A stretch of DNA of 64,000 nucleotides from Rhizodiscina lignyota (Eukaryota), in contig ML978124.1 in NCBI GenBank assembly GCA_010015805.1, positions 1,240,001 to 1,304,000 of the forward strand. Reading direction: 5' to 3'. Shown here one piece after another: positions 50,361 to 63,613 of the stretch. Each line of letters begins with the position of its first letter. Within the stretch, counting starts at the first letter, position 1. Under the pieces are notes generated by a model. The model was not told where the DNA came from. It made no database searches and worked only from the letters and a program-made list of their open reading frames with translations. Position numbers and translations under genes: made by a program.

Positions 50361-50797
50361 GAGATTGTGTATCGAGGCAGTCCAGCATTTTAGGGCTATA
50401 GTGTAAGTATTTCGTCTCCATCGATGTTTGGCAGAGCAAGAGGCGTCGTACCAGCTGCTTACCTAATTCATCTCGACGATGAAGACGACGGTCTCGGGGA
50501 CGATAGTCAACGACAGAATACACCATGGCTCAATTGATTGAACGTCGACAATATCTCGGAGTTCCAGGTCGAATTAGATTCGGCACCCAATTCATCGTCC
50601 GGCACGGTTAATGAAAATGAAGTTCAATACACCTTTGAAGCTCCTTTAGAGGAGTTAGGCTTCTGATTTTAACCTAATTGTGCTCCTTTTGAGAGCTACA
50701 TGCTATGCGTTGCCTCGCATAGAACCCCACAATGTAACTAGCAGACGCCTGCCGACGCAAGAATGTTCGGATAAGTCCGAACCCGGCACTGATTGGA

Positions 50798-52627
50798 TCA
50801 CTCGTACTCTCCACTCTCGAACTTGTCGGTGTTGAAGAACCTCGCGCGAATCGCGTTGCCGTTGAAGATACGGCCATCGAGGGCATTGACAGCCTGGATA
50901 TACTGGTCAGCAACTGTCCCCTAGTGCAGCAGTAACAACAACGAATGATGTGTGTACTCACCCTCAGCGCACTCAACTGGCTCGTGAACTTCACGAACAC
51001 CGGCGGTCCCTCTTCCTGCTCGTCATTCTCGCCATCTCTCCAGACGTATACCCTCTCAACCCGTCCATACTTCTCGCCACACTCCTCGCCAATCTCCTGC
51101 ACCAGCCCACCCTCCATCTCCGTCTGGACATCCATTCCTCCAAGCATCCCCTTCAACACCACAACCTCGCTCATCGCACCAAACTTGCCCACTTCTTCTT
51201 CCTCTGAGACGTTCTTCTTGCCACCAACGATCTTGCCCTGTCGGGCTCGATTCACGTAGCCTCCGCCTTCGGCGTCTGACTTCTTCTTCCTCTTTTCGAC
51301 CTCCACACGCAGCGCAGTCGTAATCCCCGTGCCTTGTGCACCCAGGCCCTGGCCTTTGGACCAGCCGTACTTCTCCATGAAGCGCTTCGCAAAGCCTTCG
51401 CGGCCAGGACGATTGGAGCGGGGAGCGTCTTCTTCGGCGCCAGTGCCCTGTCCTGTGGGAGCGTCTGAGGGCGGCGTTGGGGCTTCTTCGTCTTGCGCAA
51501 GGGCTTTCTCGAGTTCTGCTTCGGAGGGAAGCTCGGCTGGCGGAGGTGGAAGATTGTAGCGAACTGGAGTACGAGAGATGGTTGGACTTTGCATGGCTGC
51601 CAGAGCGGGGTGCATAGTAGGCTTCAGCGGTTCTGGCTGCAGTGCCGGAGGTGCTCCAGGCGGTGGAGGTAGAGGCAGAGATTCGACTGGTGGAGGTGGT
51701 GGAGGCTGCTGCGCCTGGCTCATTCGCATGCGACGGGCGTATACCTCATCGGCAGTCTCGTCTCTATCGATCTCGACGGGAGGAGGTGGTGGGACCTTAG
51801 GCTGCTCGTCACTTGGTGGAGGAGGTGCGAAGTTGTAGTTCGATGGAGGCGCAAATCGCGCTGGACAGTGTTAGTATTAGCCCACATAAAGGTCCAAAAT
51901 GCGTACGGTTCATTCTGGTCGCTCCAGCATCTTCATCGTCGCTTGACAAGTCCGAGTCCTGGTATGCACGCGAGCGATGTGCGTACAACCTGTCCTTCCA
52001 GTCGCGAGACTGTTGGATCCACTCGTCGCTGTGCTTGTACTCGCCGAAATTGTCGGGGATGGACACTTCGTACACATCACCCCAGTCCAGAACGACTCGA
52101 GCTGCTTCCTTGTTGTTCTTCTTGCGCTTCTTCCACTTCCTTCCGCGATTGTGCTGGTCGCCCGCGTAGAAGCCGTTCGCATCGTCATCGTCGGCAGTCC
52201 AATCCGCGATTGTGCTCTTCACAGGCGGAGGACGAGGCGCACCTGCCTTGGCCGTAGCGTCTGGCGAACTGGAGCTTGTAGGCAGAAAGCCGCCCTTTGG
52301 GAATGTGGTCTTGGCCTTCTGCTTTTGTGATTGAAGTTGCGGCCTTTTCGTAGGCGGGAATCGTAGAGCTGCTGTAGAGACATAAAAAACAATCGTTAAA
52401 ATTGTCAAGGATTACTTTCAGTTTTCAAGGGCTTTTTCACTACCAGTATTGACCTGCTTCTTTGCAGCAGCTTCGGCGTCCTGTTGCTGTGATTCGGGCT
52501 GCTTGAAAAGCACCGGCGCGCGCGTAACACTGCCTGGCGTTGAGGCCTCTGGGTCGAGGAGGTTCGCGTAAAGGGAGAGGCCTTTACGTTTCGGAGCTCC
52601 ACCTTCAGCTTCAGTATTTGACGACAT
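50798..52627 (-). CDS. G-patch and UHM/RRM splicing factor (SPF45/RBM17/DRT111-like)
   Basis: GLSLYANLL N-terminus, G-patch FAKRFMEKYGWSKGQGLG, and C-terminal EIGEECGEKYGRVERV...VFVKFTSQLSALRAVNALDGRIFNG. Three introns. Confidence 0.88.
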
Positions 52628-52960
52628 GGTGAAAGTGAAGGAAGAAAGTTGTGGGAGCTGGTGGGAAGAGTGGAGAGTAAGGTTTAAGCTTCAACATCTC
52701 GAAGCGAAAGAAGAGGGCCGAGTTCGCGATAACAATACTAAAGGGGCTTAGCGCCCGTTGAAGCATGCAGGGATTATTCGGCCAATGCCGAGCGTGGGTG
52801 GAAAAGCTCTCGTGAGCATCGGACCTCCGAAACTGGTTCGACGGCATGGCGTTTTTTTTCCTTCGTGCAAAGTTTTCTTCCTTTCGTCCTTATAGATTTC
52901 CTATTTATTAGACTTCTCTGTAATATTGTAGATACCCATAGACTATAGACTAATCTCATC

Positions 52961-54684
52961 ATGTCTACTCTCGCTAACTCTTTCCAACAACAATCTTCAT
53001 CGCCGGCGGTGATAGTACCTGGCGCCCACTCCCTCACGGTCTCCTACTCGGGGCTTTGTAGAGAAATCCATTCCTTTCAGGAGAAGCTCGCAGCGCTCGG
53101 CATCAGCGCTGGCTCTGCTGTATCAATTGCGATACCTAATACTTACGAGTTCATCGTAGCTTTTCTGGCAGCGTCATGGCAGCGAGCGATTGCTGCGCCA
53201 TTGAATCCGGTACGTTTCATTATCATCAGATATGAAAGATCGCTAATTGATGTTTGCTTCCAGGCCTATAAACAATCTGAATTCGAGTTCTATATCGATG
53301 ACCTCAGCTCCGCCCTCGCCCTTGTCCCGAAAGGTGCCTTCCAGCAAGATGCGCCTGCCGTCCGCGCCGCACGGAAATACAATGCTGCAATTGCAGAATG
53401 CTATTGGGATGGGGTAGAAGTGGTACTTGATGTAAAAGACCCAGGCAAACTCGGAGGCGTGGCCTGTGGAACCGTACAGATGGCTCTTCCGGACGATGTT
53501 GCCCTTGTGCTTCACACCAGCGGGACGACAGGCAGGCCAAAGGCTGTCCCGTTGACGCACCGCAACTTGACCAGGACAATGAGTGGGTTATCCGTGGCAA
53601 AATCCGGAGTATGATTTCTGACCATGTGGCACAGAGAACATCCAAGCCACCTACGAGCTGACTCCACATGATCGCACAATGCTCGTCATGCCGCTCTTTC
53701 ACGTCCACGGTCTCCTGGCAGGTTTCCTCGCCCCTCTTGCATCCGGTGGATCTGTTATTGTCCCCACTCGCTTCTCTGCGTCGGAATTCTGGAACGACTT
53801 CATCACGTACAAGGCCAATTGGTATACTGCGGTTCCAACTATCCATCAGATCTTGCTCAAGAACCCTATTCCCAACCCGAAGCCAGAAATCCGATTCATA
53901 CGCTCTTGCTCTTCGCCTCTGTCACCAAAGATCTTTGACGACCTCGAGGCCACTTTCGGTGCTCCTGTTCTAGAAGCGTACGCCATGACCGAGGCAGCAC
54001 ATCAGATGACGTCCAACCCTCTCCCCCCAGGAAAGCGTCGGCCGGGTTTCGTTGGTCTTGGACAGGGTGTAGAAGTTAAGATTCTCGACCAGAATGGAGA
54101 CGAGGTTGCGCAGGGCGCAGAAGGTGAAATCTGTATCAGAGGCGAGAACGTCACGAAGGGCTACCTCAACAATCCTACCGCCAATGCATCATCTTTTACC
54201 AAGGGTGGATTCTTCCGCACTGGTGATCAAGGAAAGAAAGATGCAGAAGGATATGTAATGATTACAGGCAGGATAAAAGAGTTGATAAACAAGGGCGGCG
54301 AGAAGATCAGTCCCATTGAGCTGGACAATGTTATGGCACAGCACCCAGCGGTCAGCGAAGCTGTGAGCTTCGCAATCGAAGATGAGATCTACGGACAGGA
54401 CGTAGGCGTGGCAATCGTTCTGAAGGACAACCAGAAGCTGAGTGGGGATGAATTGACGAAGTGGATGGCGGAGAGAGTCGCAAAGTTCAAAGTGCCGAAG
54501 AAGGTAGGTTTCTGTTCTCCTCATTCAATTTCTAAAATGCTCAGCAAATACTTGGAACATTCAACTAATAATTGTTCAGGTCTTCTTCACCGAGGTAATG
54601 CCAAAGACAGCAACAGGCAAGATCCAGAGGCGCAATGTGGCCGAAGCGATGCTCAAGCAAGAGAAGCCCAAGGCGAAGCTTTAA
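52961..54684 (+). CDS. PCS60: Peroxisomal AMP-dependent CoA ligase (oxalate-CoA ligase Pcs60-like)
   Basis: LHTSGTTGRPK, PLFHVHGL, EAYAMTEAAHQMTSN, FRTGDQG, GGEKISPIE and KTATGKIQR motifs. The spliced C-terminus ends in PTS1 -AKL. Confidence 0.9.
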
Positions 54685-55151
54685 TCATGTATCATCATAC
54701 GGAAGGCATGTATTCTTGGACTGACTGTGGGCGCTTCATTGAGTTATTCCTTTTTTTTGTACAACTATGCGGGGCGAAGATCTCACTCGATGATACCAAT
54801 AGAACCAGAGAATTAGAGTATAGACTTGGAGAATAGACTGTAATAATATATACAGAGATTATCTGATGTTCCCATTCGCAAAGTTGGTACAAACTAGTCG
54901 TAGGGCGTGAACAGTGGTGGGGATCTACGCATATGTAAGAGCGGCGGGCGACCACCCGCGGGTATCATCGCTCTCGTCCAATTTGCCTCCGCATCAATTC
55001 CTCCATCTCGTCGGACTTCCGGTGGTCTACTTGAGAGTTTACAATAAATCCACTCTAAATGAGCATTCGTACCACCCTCAGATCTACCAATTGCCTGACA
55101 CAAATACGTTCAAATCGTCGAAGACTTCCATATCAACTTCTACTGAGGACA

Positions 55152-55712
55152 ATGGCATCCGCGAAGCAAGAGTGGCTCGTTATTTTCCCCGATCATGAAG
55201 GCGCGCTGAAGAAGAGGTTGGAAGTGAGGCCGTGAGTTTTATTTCAGCTTCATTATCATCGAAATATGTGGAAGGTAAGCTAATTGATGCACAGGAAGCA
55301 TATCGAGGCCATTGTGGCTGACGGTGGGAAGGGCTTCTGGCTCATGGGAGGTAGGCAGCTTTCTCTCTTCATATATTGCTCTTTTATATAATTCTTCTAT
55401 TGTATTTCAACTTATCTTATTGGGTTTCATTTGCTTTTCATCCCTATCTGTCTCCCTGCCTTCCACTCTCATGCCGCATTCTGGCCGCTAAAATTTACCG
55501 CAGGTGCTTTGCTCGAACGCCCACTTGATGGCACCGAGGCACCTCCACCAAGCGTCGGCAGCGCCATGCTCTGTGCAGCAAACAGCAAGGAGGAAGTCCT
55601 GGATCGGCTGAAGGCGGATCTGTACACGACAGCTGGCGTTTGGGACTGGAACAAGATCCAGATCTACCCCTTCAAGTGCGCAGTCAGGACGGCCATGGAC
55701 GAGGTCAAATAA
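55152..55712 (+). CDS. YCII-related domain protein
   Basis: MASAKQEWLVIFPDHEGALKKRLEVRP|KH...MG|GALL...GSAM...SKEEVLDRLKADLYTTAGVWD...IYPFK. Two introns (the second is 55351-55503). Confidence 0.82.
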
Positions 55713-55826
55713 TGTTTGTCCTATGAATAGACAGCAGTGTCTGGCAGAATGATGGAACTGTGTCATTTTGATATCTACTTTTCCACTGAACGCCGTATGT
55801 ACCGGTATATCCAATCACGTCCATAA

Positions 55827-58374
55827 TCAGTCCGTGAACTCAGCCTGCCTAACCACCTCTTCCCTCTCTTCCCTGACCTTCCTAGCAAGTAAATTCAACG
55901 CACTCCCCGCTATTATAAACCCACATTGATCCTTACTGAGCGTATGCTTTGTTGGGACTCTCAGCGTGCTCCCATCCTTCTTCTTCACCTCAACCTCGAC
56001 CGCCCCTTGTCCACCTTTCTTCAGCATGTCATACAGCCCCACCGTACTAACTTCATCACACGCGTCAATCTTGTCATAATCGGTCTCGTTGGCAAATGTC
56101 AACGGCACAATACCCTGCTTCTTTAGATTCGTCTCGTGGATTCGAGCAAAGCTCTTCGCAAGAATGACCCTTCCACCCAGATACCTCGGCTGCAACGCAG
56201 CGTGCTCTCTCGCGCTGCCTTCACCATAGTTATGCTCTGCAACAACGATCCACTCCTGTCCGTTTTCTTTCCACTTCTTGGCTAAAGCTGGAATAGTCAT
56301 CGCGCTGCCATCAACATCGTGTGCAACGTTCGTCTCCCCTGTAGCAGCGTTGACGGCACCGATCAGCGTGTTCTCGCTAATGTTGGGCAAGTGTCCCTTG
56401 TACTTCAGCCATGGGCCTGCGGCAGATATGGTGTCGGTGGTGCATTGGCCTTTAACTTTGAAGAGGACTCTCAGATCTTTGAAGTCTGAATCGGGGAATG
56501 GCTGGAACGGCTCGAGGAAGGCGAGGCGCGAACTTTGCGGGTCAATCTGTACGGTGGTGTTCGCGTCAGGTATGCCCGGTGTTGGGAGGAATTCTGGGTT
56601 TCCTTGTGCGAAGCCTGCAGCTGGCAGGTCCTGTCCTTGCGGAGGCTGGAATTTGAATGGTTCACCAGATGGAGTTGGGATCGAGTCGGTCATAGGATTA
56701 AATGTAGTTTCGCCTGCGTAGCACATAGCTGTCACCAGTTCTGGAGAGGCGAGAAAGTTCATTGTTGCCCGGTTGCCGTCGTTACGACCTGGAAAGTTGC
56801 GGTTGTAGCTACTGAAGATGGCGTTCGACTCGCCCTTCTTTGGTACATCAGCACCTTCAGCCTCAGCACTGCGACTCCATTGCCCTATACAAGGACCGCA
56901 CGCGTTAGCTAGAACGGTGCCGCCTGCAGAGGAGAGTGTGGCAAGGGTAGAGTCCCGCTCGAGGGTTCCGCGAATCTGCTCGCTTCCAGGTGTGATATAG
57001 AATGCGGCCTTCGGCTTAAGTCCAGCAGCAGACGCTTGCTTGACCAGCGATTCGGCACGAGTCATGTCAGCATAAGAGCTGTTCGTACAGCTGCCGATAA
57101 GCCCGGCTCCAAAGGTAGTCGGCCATTGCTTCTCCTCAACAACAGAAGAAAACTGGGATAGAGGTGTAGAGAGGTCGGGTGTGAAGGGCCCGTTGATGTG
57201 AGGCTCAAGCGTAGATAAATTGATGGTGATCACGTTGTCGTACTCCGCTGCCGAGTCGGGACGTAGGAGATTCTCAGCCTCGTTGGCCATAGATATACGA
57301 GACGCGAGACGAGCGATTGATCCACGGTGCGTGGCTTCAAGGTATGGTATGTGACCGGATGAAAGAGGGAAGATAGACGTTGTAGCGCCTACTTCAGCCC
57401 CCATATTACAAATGGTCGCCATGCCTGTGCAGCTCAAGGTTTCGACACCAGGGCCGAAGTACTCTATGAGGAATCCAGTGCCTCCTCTTACAGTGAGCTG
57501 TCCGGCAAGGTTAAGGATGACATCCTTCGGGCTCGCCCACCCGCTCAACTCGCCTTCCAACCTCACTCCAAGTATCTTTGGAGCTTTCAACTCCCATGGT
57601 GCGTCCACAAGCGCGTCGACCGCATCTGCTCCTCCTACGCCAATTGCAATAGCTCCAAGGCCACCAGCATTAGGTGTATGACTATCCGTCCCCAGCATCA
57701 TCAGCCCGGGGGCGCTGTAATTCTCCAGCACCGTCTGATGGATGATTCCAGCGCCCGGCGGCCAAAATTCAATGCCATACTTCTTCGCTGCACTTTCCAG
57801 AAAGTCAAAAACCTCCTTGTTGCCCTTGATGCTAGCTGGCAAGTCGACGTCTGCACCACGCTCGCCCACAATCATGTGGTCGCAGTGGATACTCGCTGGC
57901 ACAGCGGTGCTGGGGAGCCCACACGACATGAATTGCAGCAGAGCCATCTGCGCCGAAGCATCCTGCATAGCAACACGGTCAGGCTTGAGCTTGAGATTCG
58001 CATTACCCCGGATCGAAGAGCCATTTTGGGTGTTTGTGAGAAGCGACTCTGCCGGATCGTCGAGGTGGGAGTATAGGATCTTTTCAGCGAGTGTAAGGGC
58101 GCGGTCCGAGGGAAGAATACGGCGAACTTTGGAGAGCCTATCGAGCAGCTTGGGATATGGAGGAGTCCGCGAAGATACGTCTGCGGCCGCTGCAGAGGTG
58201 GATTCGTGAGCTGTTGCTAGCCATCGTCTGCTCTGAAGCGAACAAACTTGGAGGAGACGGGACGAGCGGTACTAGACAGAGTCAGTAATCGCAAGGCAGT
58301 CAATTGAGCGCATTTACTTTGCCGCTAATCAGGCCAGCGGCCTTCAATCCCCTAACCCGCATGTTGGCGGTCAT
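55827..58374 (-). CDS. ACO2: Mitochondrial aconitase family protein (Aco2/AcoB-like, homocitrate dehydratase type)
   Basis: LTLAEKILYSHL, MQDASAQMA, IHCDH, GTDSHT, LIGSCTNSSY, ANACGPCIGQW, SYNRNF and NYGEGSAREHAA motifs. Short first exon (ATG at 58374 or 58362). Confidence 0.85.
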
Positions 58375-58596
58375 CGTACCTGTTGGAAGTAGCTGTGACA
58401 CTTTTTTCGATCCTGGGGAAAATGCGGAGGATTAGCACCCACCGAGATGCCGATATCGGACGAACCAATCAAGATGCTCTTATTTCTCATGTCTGAAATG
58501 TTATTTATATATACACATCGTAAATCTTTCTACAAATGCCTATCGAAGAGCTGAAAGGCGATACTGGTACACTATTGATACATCAGAGTCCGTAGA

Positions 58597-61319
58597 TTAT
58601 GTCACACTCCCGCCTCTCATCTCTGCGAGCACAGCCTTCATTCTCTGCATGCTCATCCTTTCAAACCGATCGACCTTCATTACAAACGTACCTCTGCCAC
58701 CGGTCAGACTTCTCAGGTATTTAAGATAGCCTACCATCTCCTTCAATGGTACTCTCGCAACGATCTGCCGCTGTCGAGTAGGCGCAACGACATACTCCGT
58801 CCCCGAATACTTTCCGCTTGGACTGCCTTCGAACGGATCCGTGGGACGGTATATCTTGGTAGGATCAATTATCGGTAGCTCTTCTTCACTTTCCATGAAT
58901 GACGTAGCGTCGATACCATGTGCAAGAGATGATGAAGATGTGTCGAGCGAGAGGACCTGCCCTCCTCGTGCTGAACTCAGATCATGGACAACGGAGCCCA
59001 GGTCGTCTTCCCCAACACTAATAGTGACCAGCATCACTGGCTCCATAAGGACGGATCCATTTATTGATACGGACCCCTTGAGGGCAGAATGAGTTGCCAA
59101 GCGGGCAGCGCTCGAGATCGCAGCGTAAGTTGTATCAGGGAAGATTTGCGTCGGCGGATCGAGCTGGACCTCAATGTGAGCAGAATGAACGGGGAAATGG
59201 TACGTAGGTCCACGAGCGAGTGCTGCAGTAACTCCATTCCGTATCGAGCTGAGGACATTTGTCATGCTGAATTGGCCAGGCAGACTGGCTCCACCCTCTG
59301 ATGCAGGCTTTCCATGCCGTGTTAAAGTTGGATGGAGGATTGTGAGGGTGTTGTTTTCAGGAAGATTGTAGATTGTAGCATCTTCTCTGTCTTCTACAGA
59401 CAGCTCCTCGCCCTCTTCGAGGGGCCCTACACTGACCATACTTGCAGCTCGTGCTCGCTTGCCGGCACTTTCGCGATCAAATAACACTGTAATTGGGTCT
59501 AAAACACAAGTGAGGGCTTCTCGGTATCCAATTTCGACAGCTCCAATGGATGCTTTAGCTTTGAGGTCGGAAAGGAGTCTTCCTCCAGCAATCTCGAGAT
59601 GTAGTTCTCCCATTCCGGAGAGGTGCGTCTGACCACTTTCCGGGTCAGTGGAGACGCTCAGGCTTGGATCCTCTCGTAGAAGAAGCTCCAAAGAGTCGTT
59701 AAGATGCTTTTCTTCTGACAGACTGTGTGCTTCGACACTTGTGAAGAAGACAGGTGGAGGGACTTCGATAGGCCTCAGCTGCAGTGTGTTCAGTGGTTCC
59801 GGAGGACCGTCTTTCGCTCTGGAGCCACTATACACAAGAAGTGTATCTCCAGTACGAGCGTATTTGAGGCCGGCAATGACACCAATCTGTCCAGCATCGA
59901 TGCTTTGGACCTCAACAGCGTCAGAAGCATACATTTGGTACATCCTTTGAGCTCGCTCAGTGACGCCGAGATTTGTGTTGAAAAGTGGAGCATTTCGAGT
60001 TACCGATCCTGAGTACACTCGAATGTAGACTAGAACGCCTCGACGTGCGTCGTGAACGACCTTGAATGCCAGCGCACATGCTTCCAGATTTTGTACGTTG
60101 AATGCAGGTCTGACGGACCGGACGACAGCTTTCTTGTTCTTCCCTTGCTCGCCTTTGCTTGTTTTATCCAAGCTGAGGTCGCCCCGCAGGAGGCTCTGCA
60201 AGCTTCCTTTTATGCTTCCCAGGCTGATCTCAGGGGAAGACTTCTCCACGGGTGATGGCAGCAACGATACCACCGCGTCAAGCAGAGGCTGCACGCCCAC
60301 ATTGCGGAAACTTGCACCCGCGAATACGGGAAACACTCTTTGACTTGACTGATTTACGCATCTTCGCAGCGCTGCAGTGATCTCATCAGCGGGAATAGCC
60401 AGATGATCTTCGTTATGAGAAAGAAATTGCTCCACAAGTTCGTCGTCGTGCTCGCTGAGAAGCTCGACAAGTGCAGTTCTCGCCTTGATCAGTTCTGCAG
60501 CAAAGGGTTCGTCTCTTTGCTTTAGGCTGTCAAGACCAAAGGCCTGGATATCTTTTCCATCTCCCCCCTCTTTCCACCAGAGCCCACGGAGCGAAACCAC
60601 ATCTCCCACTCCAGCAAGTCTAGAGTGGCCTTCTGCCCACCAAGGAATCTGGCATACAGCCGGCCAGCCATGAAGTCGGACACCGATCTCTGTGACAGTT
60701 TTGCCAAACGCGGCGCCGTCACGGTCAAGCTTGTTTACGTAGATTAATCTCGGAATCCGGTAGCTGTTGGCCTGCGCCCAGACTTTCTCAGTCTGCGCTT
60801 CTACACCAGCGACTCCGTCAAGGATGCATATAGCGCCATCAAGAACACGTAATGAGCGCAAGACTTCAAAGGTAAAGTCTGCGTGGCCGGGGGTGTCGAT
60901 GAGATTGATATTGTGAGACGAATTGCTCTCTTGAACCTGATCCTTTGGTGGCCAATGGAAAGTGATTGCTGCGGATTGGATAGTGATGCCTCTCGCCCGT
61001 TCAGCAGGCAGAAAGTCTGTTACTGTAGAGCCATCGTCGACATCTCCTATTCTACGGGTGTATCCGCTGTAATAGAGCATACGCTCCGTAGTCGTAGTTT
61101 TGCCCTATTACAAAATTAGTTTAAAGATTTTTCAAAAATACTCGTATTGAGACGCACGGCATCTATATGCGCTATTATGCCAATATTTCGAGTCCTATCG
61201 ATGAGGTCGCGGTTTACATCTCGACAGCAAGGGTACGATCTTGATATCCATCTCTTGCCCACCAGACGAGGTGTCAGAACTCGCTGCTGAGTCACTCTCC
61301 ATAATCCAACAAGTCTCAT
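58597..61319 (-). CDS. MEF2: Mitochondrial ribosome-releasing factor 2 (EF-G2mt)
   Basis: [46 protein letters not shown] and [10 protein letters not shown] motifs. Presequence and one intron. Confidence 0.92.
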
Positions 61320-61531
61320 ACCAGAAGAAAGAAATATCTGGCGAGAGTCGCAATTGCTGGATTCCAAATTCGGATTTGTGGAGTTGTTGTCTCTTGCCTG
61401 CAGGCTCAGTTGCTGTAGGAAAAGCTCGCTTGTGGGGCGCGGCAGATCTCTTGCAACCTCTCACCATCAACGTCACCCAGAGCTCTGCGATTTGCGATAA
61501 CCATACACAATTGACCGCCGGTATATACGCA

Positions 61532-63404
61532 ATGGACTACTCCAATTTACCGCACGACCCGGAGCAACCGGGAGGCGCATCACCATGGGCGTCGTCACCA
61601 CAGCACAACCGCACCTCATTTACAAATACCGCCACTAGTGATATGCCATCCTCTCCGCTTCCTCCTCCGGCGCAACCGGCCTATGGTGGTACTGCAGAGC
61701 AGGGAAATTTGGGGCAAGGGCCAGAACAAGACACTTCGGCTGGAGCGTATGGCTCGATTGAAAATGGACACGAGCAGGCAGCAGCGCAAGCTGAAGGACA
61801 GAATGTACAACCTGAGCAACATTCTTATGGTCAAGGACACGAGAGACAAGGGGAAGCTAGAGCACAGCAGCAGCAACCTCGACAGAAAATGCCGCAGTAC
61901 AAGTTACAGGCAAAGATCACCGGCCTGGAAAGGACGGGGAAGAAAGATCCCATCTTGAGATTCGACGTATACGTAAGGACTCGGGCATTGATCCGATCAA
62001 TGATAGTTCTTGTTCTAACCAATTCCTCACTTTAGACAAACCTTCCCAAGTATCGAACGACACAGTTCCGCGATGTAAGAAGAACGCATAACGAGTTCAT
62101 CAAGCTCGCAGACCACCTCGTCTCAGCAAATCCAGAAGCATTCGTCCCTGCTGTACCTGCGGCATTAACGTCCGCCGGTGCCGGTACCGACGAAGATGAG
62201 GCGAGAGTGAAAGCTTCGATGCAGCGATGGCTCAATACAGTTTGCTCAAACGACATATTAATACGTGACGAAGAGATGATGTTCTTCGTGGAGAGTGATT
62301 TTGGATACAGTCCAATGGTACGGAAAAGACAACCTGCAACAGGCGTGCGGAGGAAGGTCTTAAAGCAATTTGCGCCACCACCAGACGACACACCAGAACT
62401 TCAGGATGCTAGACCTGTGGTGAAGCTGTTTTATCTCGGCACGATGGACGCACAACAGAAGATCGACAAGGTGGTGAAAGCCAGGCGAGGTAAGTGCATT
62501 ACGACAATTAGCGGAGGCTGTTAACCAACGAGCGATCTTAGCCCTTGGATTGGCAGAATCCGACCTCGGTGTCAAGCTGAGCCAAATGAACGTCCAAGAA
62601 ACGCAAGCAGGCCTAGCGAACGCCTACCGCAAACTCGGCAAAGTCATCCAAACGACAGGTGACTTCCATTCCGCCCAGGGCACCGCAGAAGCCACGACAT
62701 TCGGCGACCCACTGGCCTACCACTCCTCCGACGCCTTCATCGTCAAAGAAACCCTCACGAACCGACACATCCTCCTCCGCGAGCTCCTGCAAGCACAGCA
62801 ATCTACGCGCTCCAAGCTCGCCGCAGCCGACCGCCTCAAAGCCTCGTCCTCAGTCCGCCGCGACAAGGTCGATGAAGCGATATCCGCGCTGGACGAAGCG
62901 CGCACCCACGAGCAGTATCTCGACCAGAAGGCTCGCCGCGTAACGCAGAACCTGCTGTTTGAGCGCCGCAAGTGGTTCGCGCGTACGGCTGCTGACCTGC
63001 GCGCTTCGCTGCGCGAATACGTGGTGCGAGAGATTGAGGCTGAGCGCCGTACGCTGGCGAATCTCGAACAGGTCCGCCCGGATATTCGTGCTATTGATGC
63101 TAGCGGTGGACTCAGCAGGCTGGGTAGGGAAGCACATCCTGCGCAGCGCAGGGCGAGCCTGGCGAGCAGTCAAGGGCCGAAAGGCGATGCGTGGAGTGGA
63201 GTGCCGAGGCGGCAGGATGGGCTGAATAGGAGTATTAGTGGAAGCTTCGGAGCACCGCTTCCTGAAGATGAGGAGGAGGGAGCTGAGGGTGAGGGAATCG
63301 GCAGGAAGAGAGCAGTTAGCGGTGTGGGCAGCGTAGCGGATGAAGATGATGACAGAATTGATGCGAGGAATGCCGCGAGCCGGTTAGCAACTACGACTTT
63401 TTGA
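61532..63404 (+). CDS. VPS17: Retromer PX-BAR sorting nexin Vps17
   Basis: LQAKITGLERTGKKDPILRFDV|TNLPKYRT, FFVESDFGYSP, APPPDDTPEL and IDASGGLSRLGRE motifs. Two introns. Confidence 0.92.
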
Positions 63405-63613
63405 TAGTACAGGATGTTAGGAAGGACTTTAATGAATCAGTTTGCTAGCAGGTGCATGCATTCAGATTTGCATGCTAGCAGTGGCTGGGATATGTAGATA
63501 CTGTTGTACTCTATGGCCGTTGGCGAAATATTGGGTAGCACGATTCCCGTGGATATCTAAATGGAAGCATTCTCATAGGTCGTCTTGGACTCATCACTTT
63601 CTTTAGGAGCACA

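Noticed and set aside
24500..50600. Autonomous Starship or other giant transposon
   Set aside because: No tyrosine recombinase (captain) or transposase ORF is seen at either end and I could not define terminal repeats. A degraded derivative cannot be excluded.
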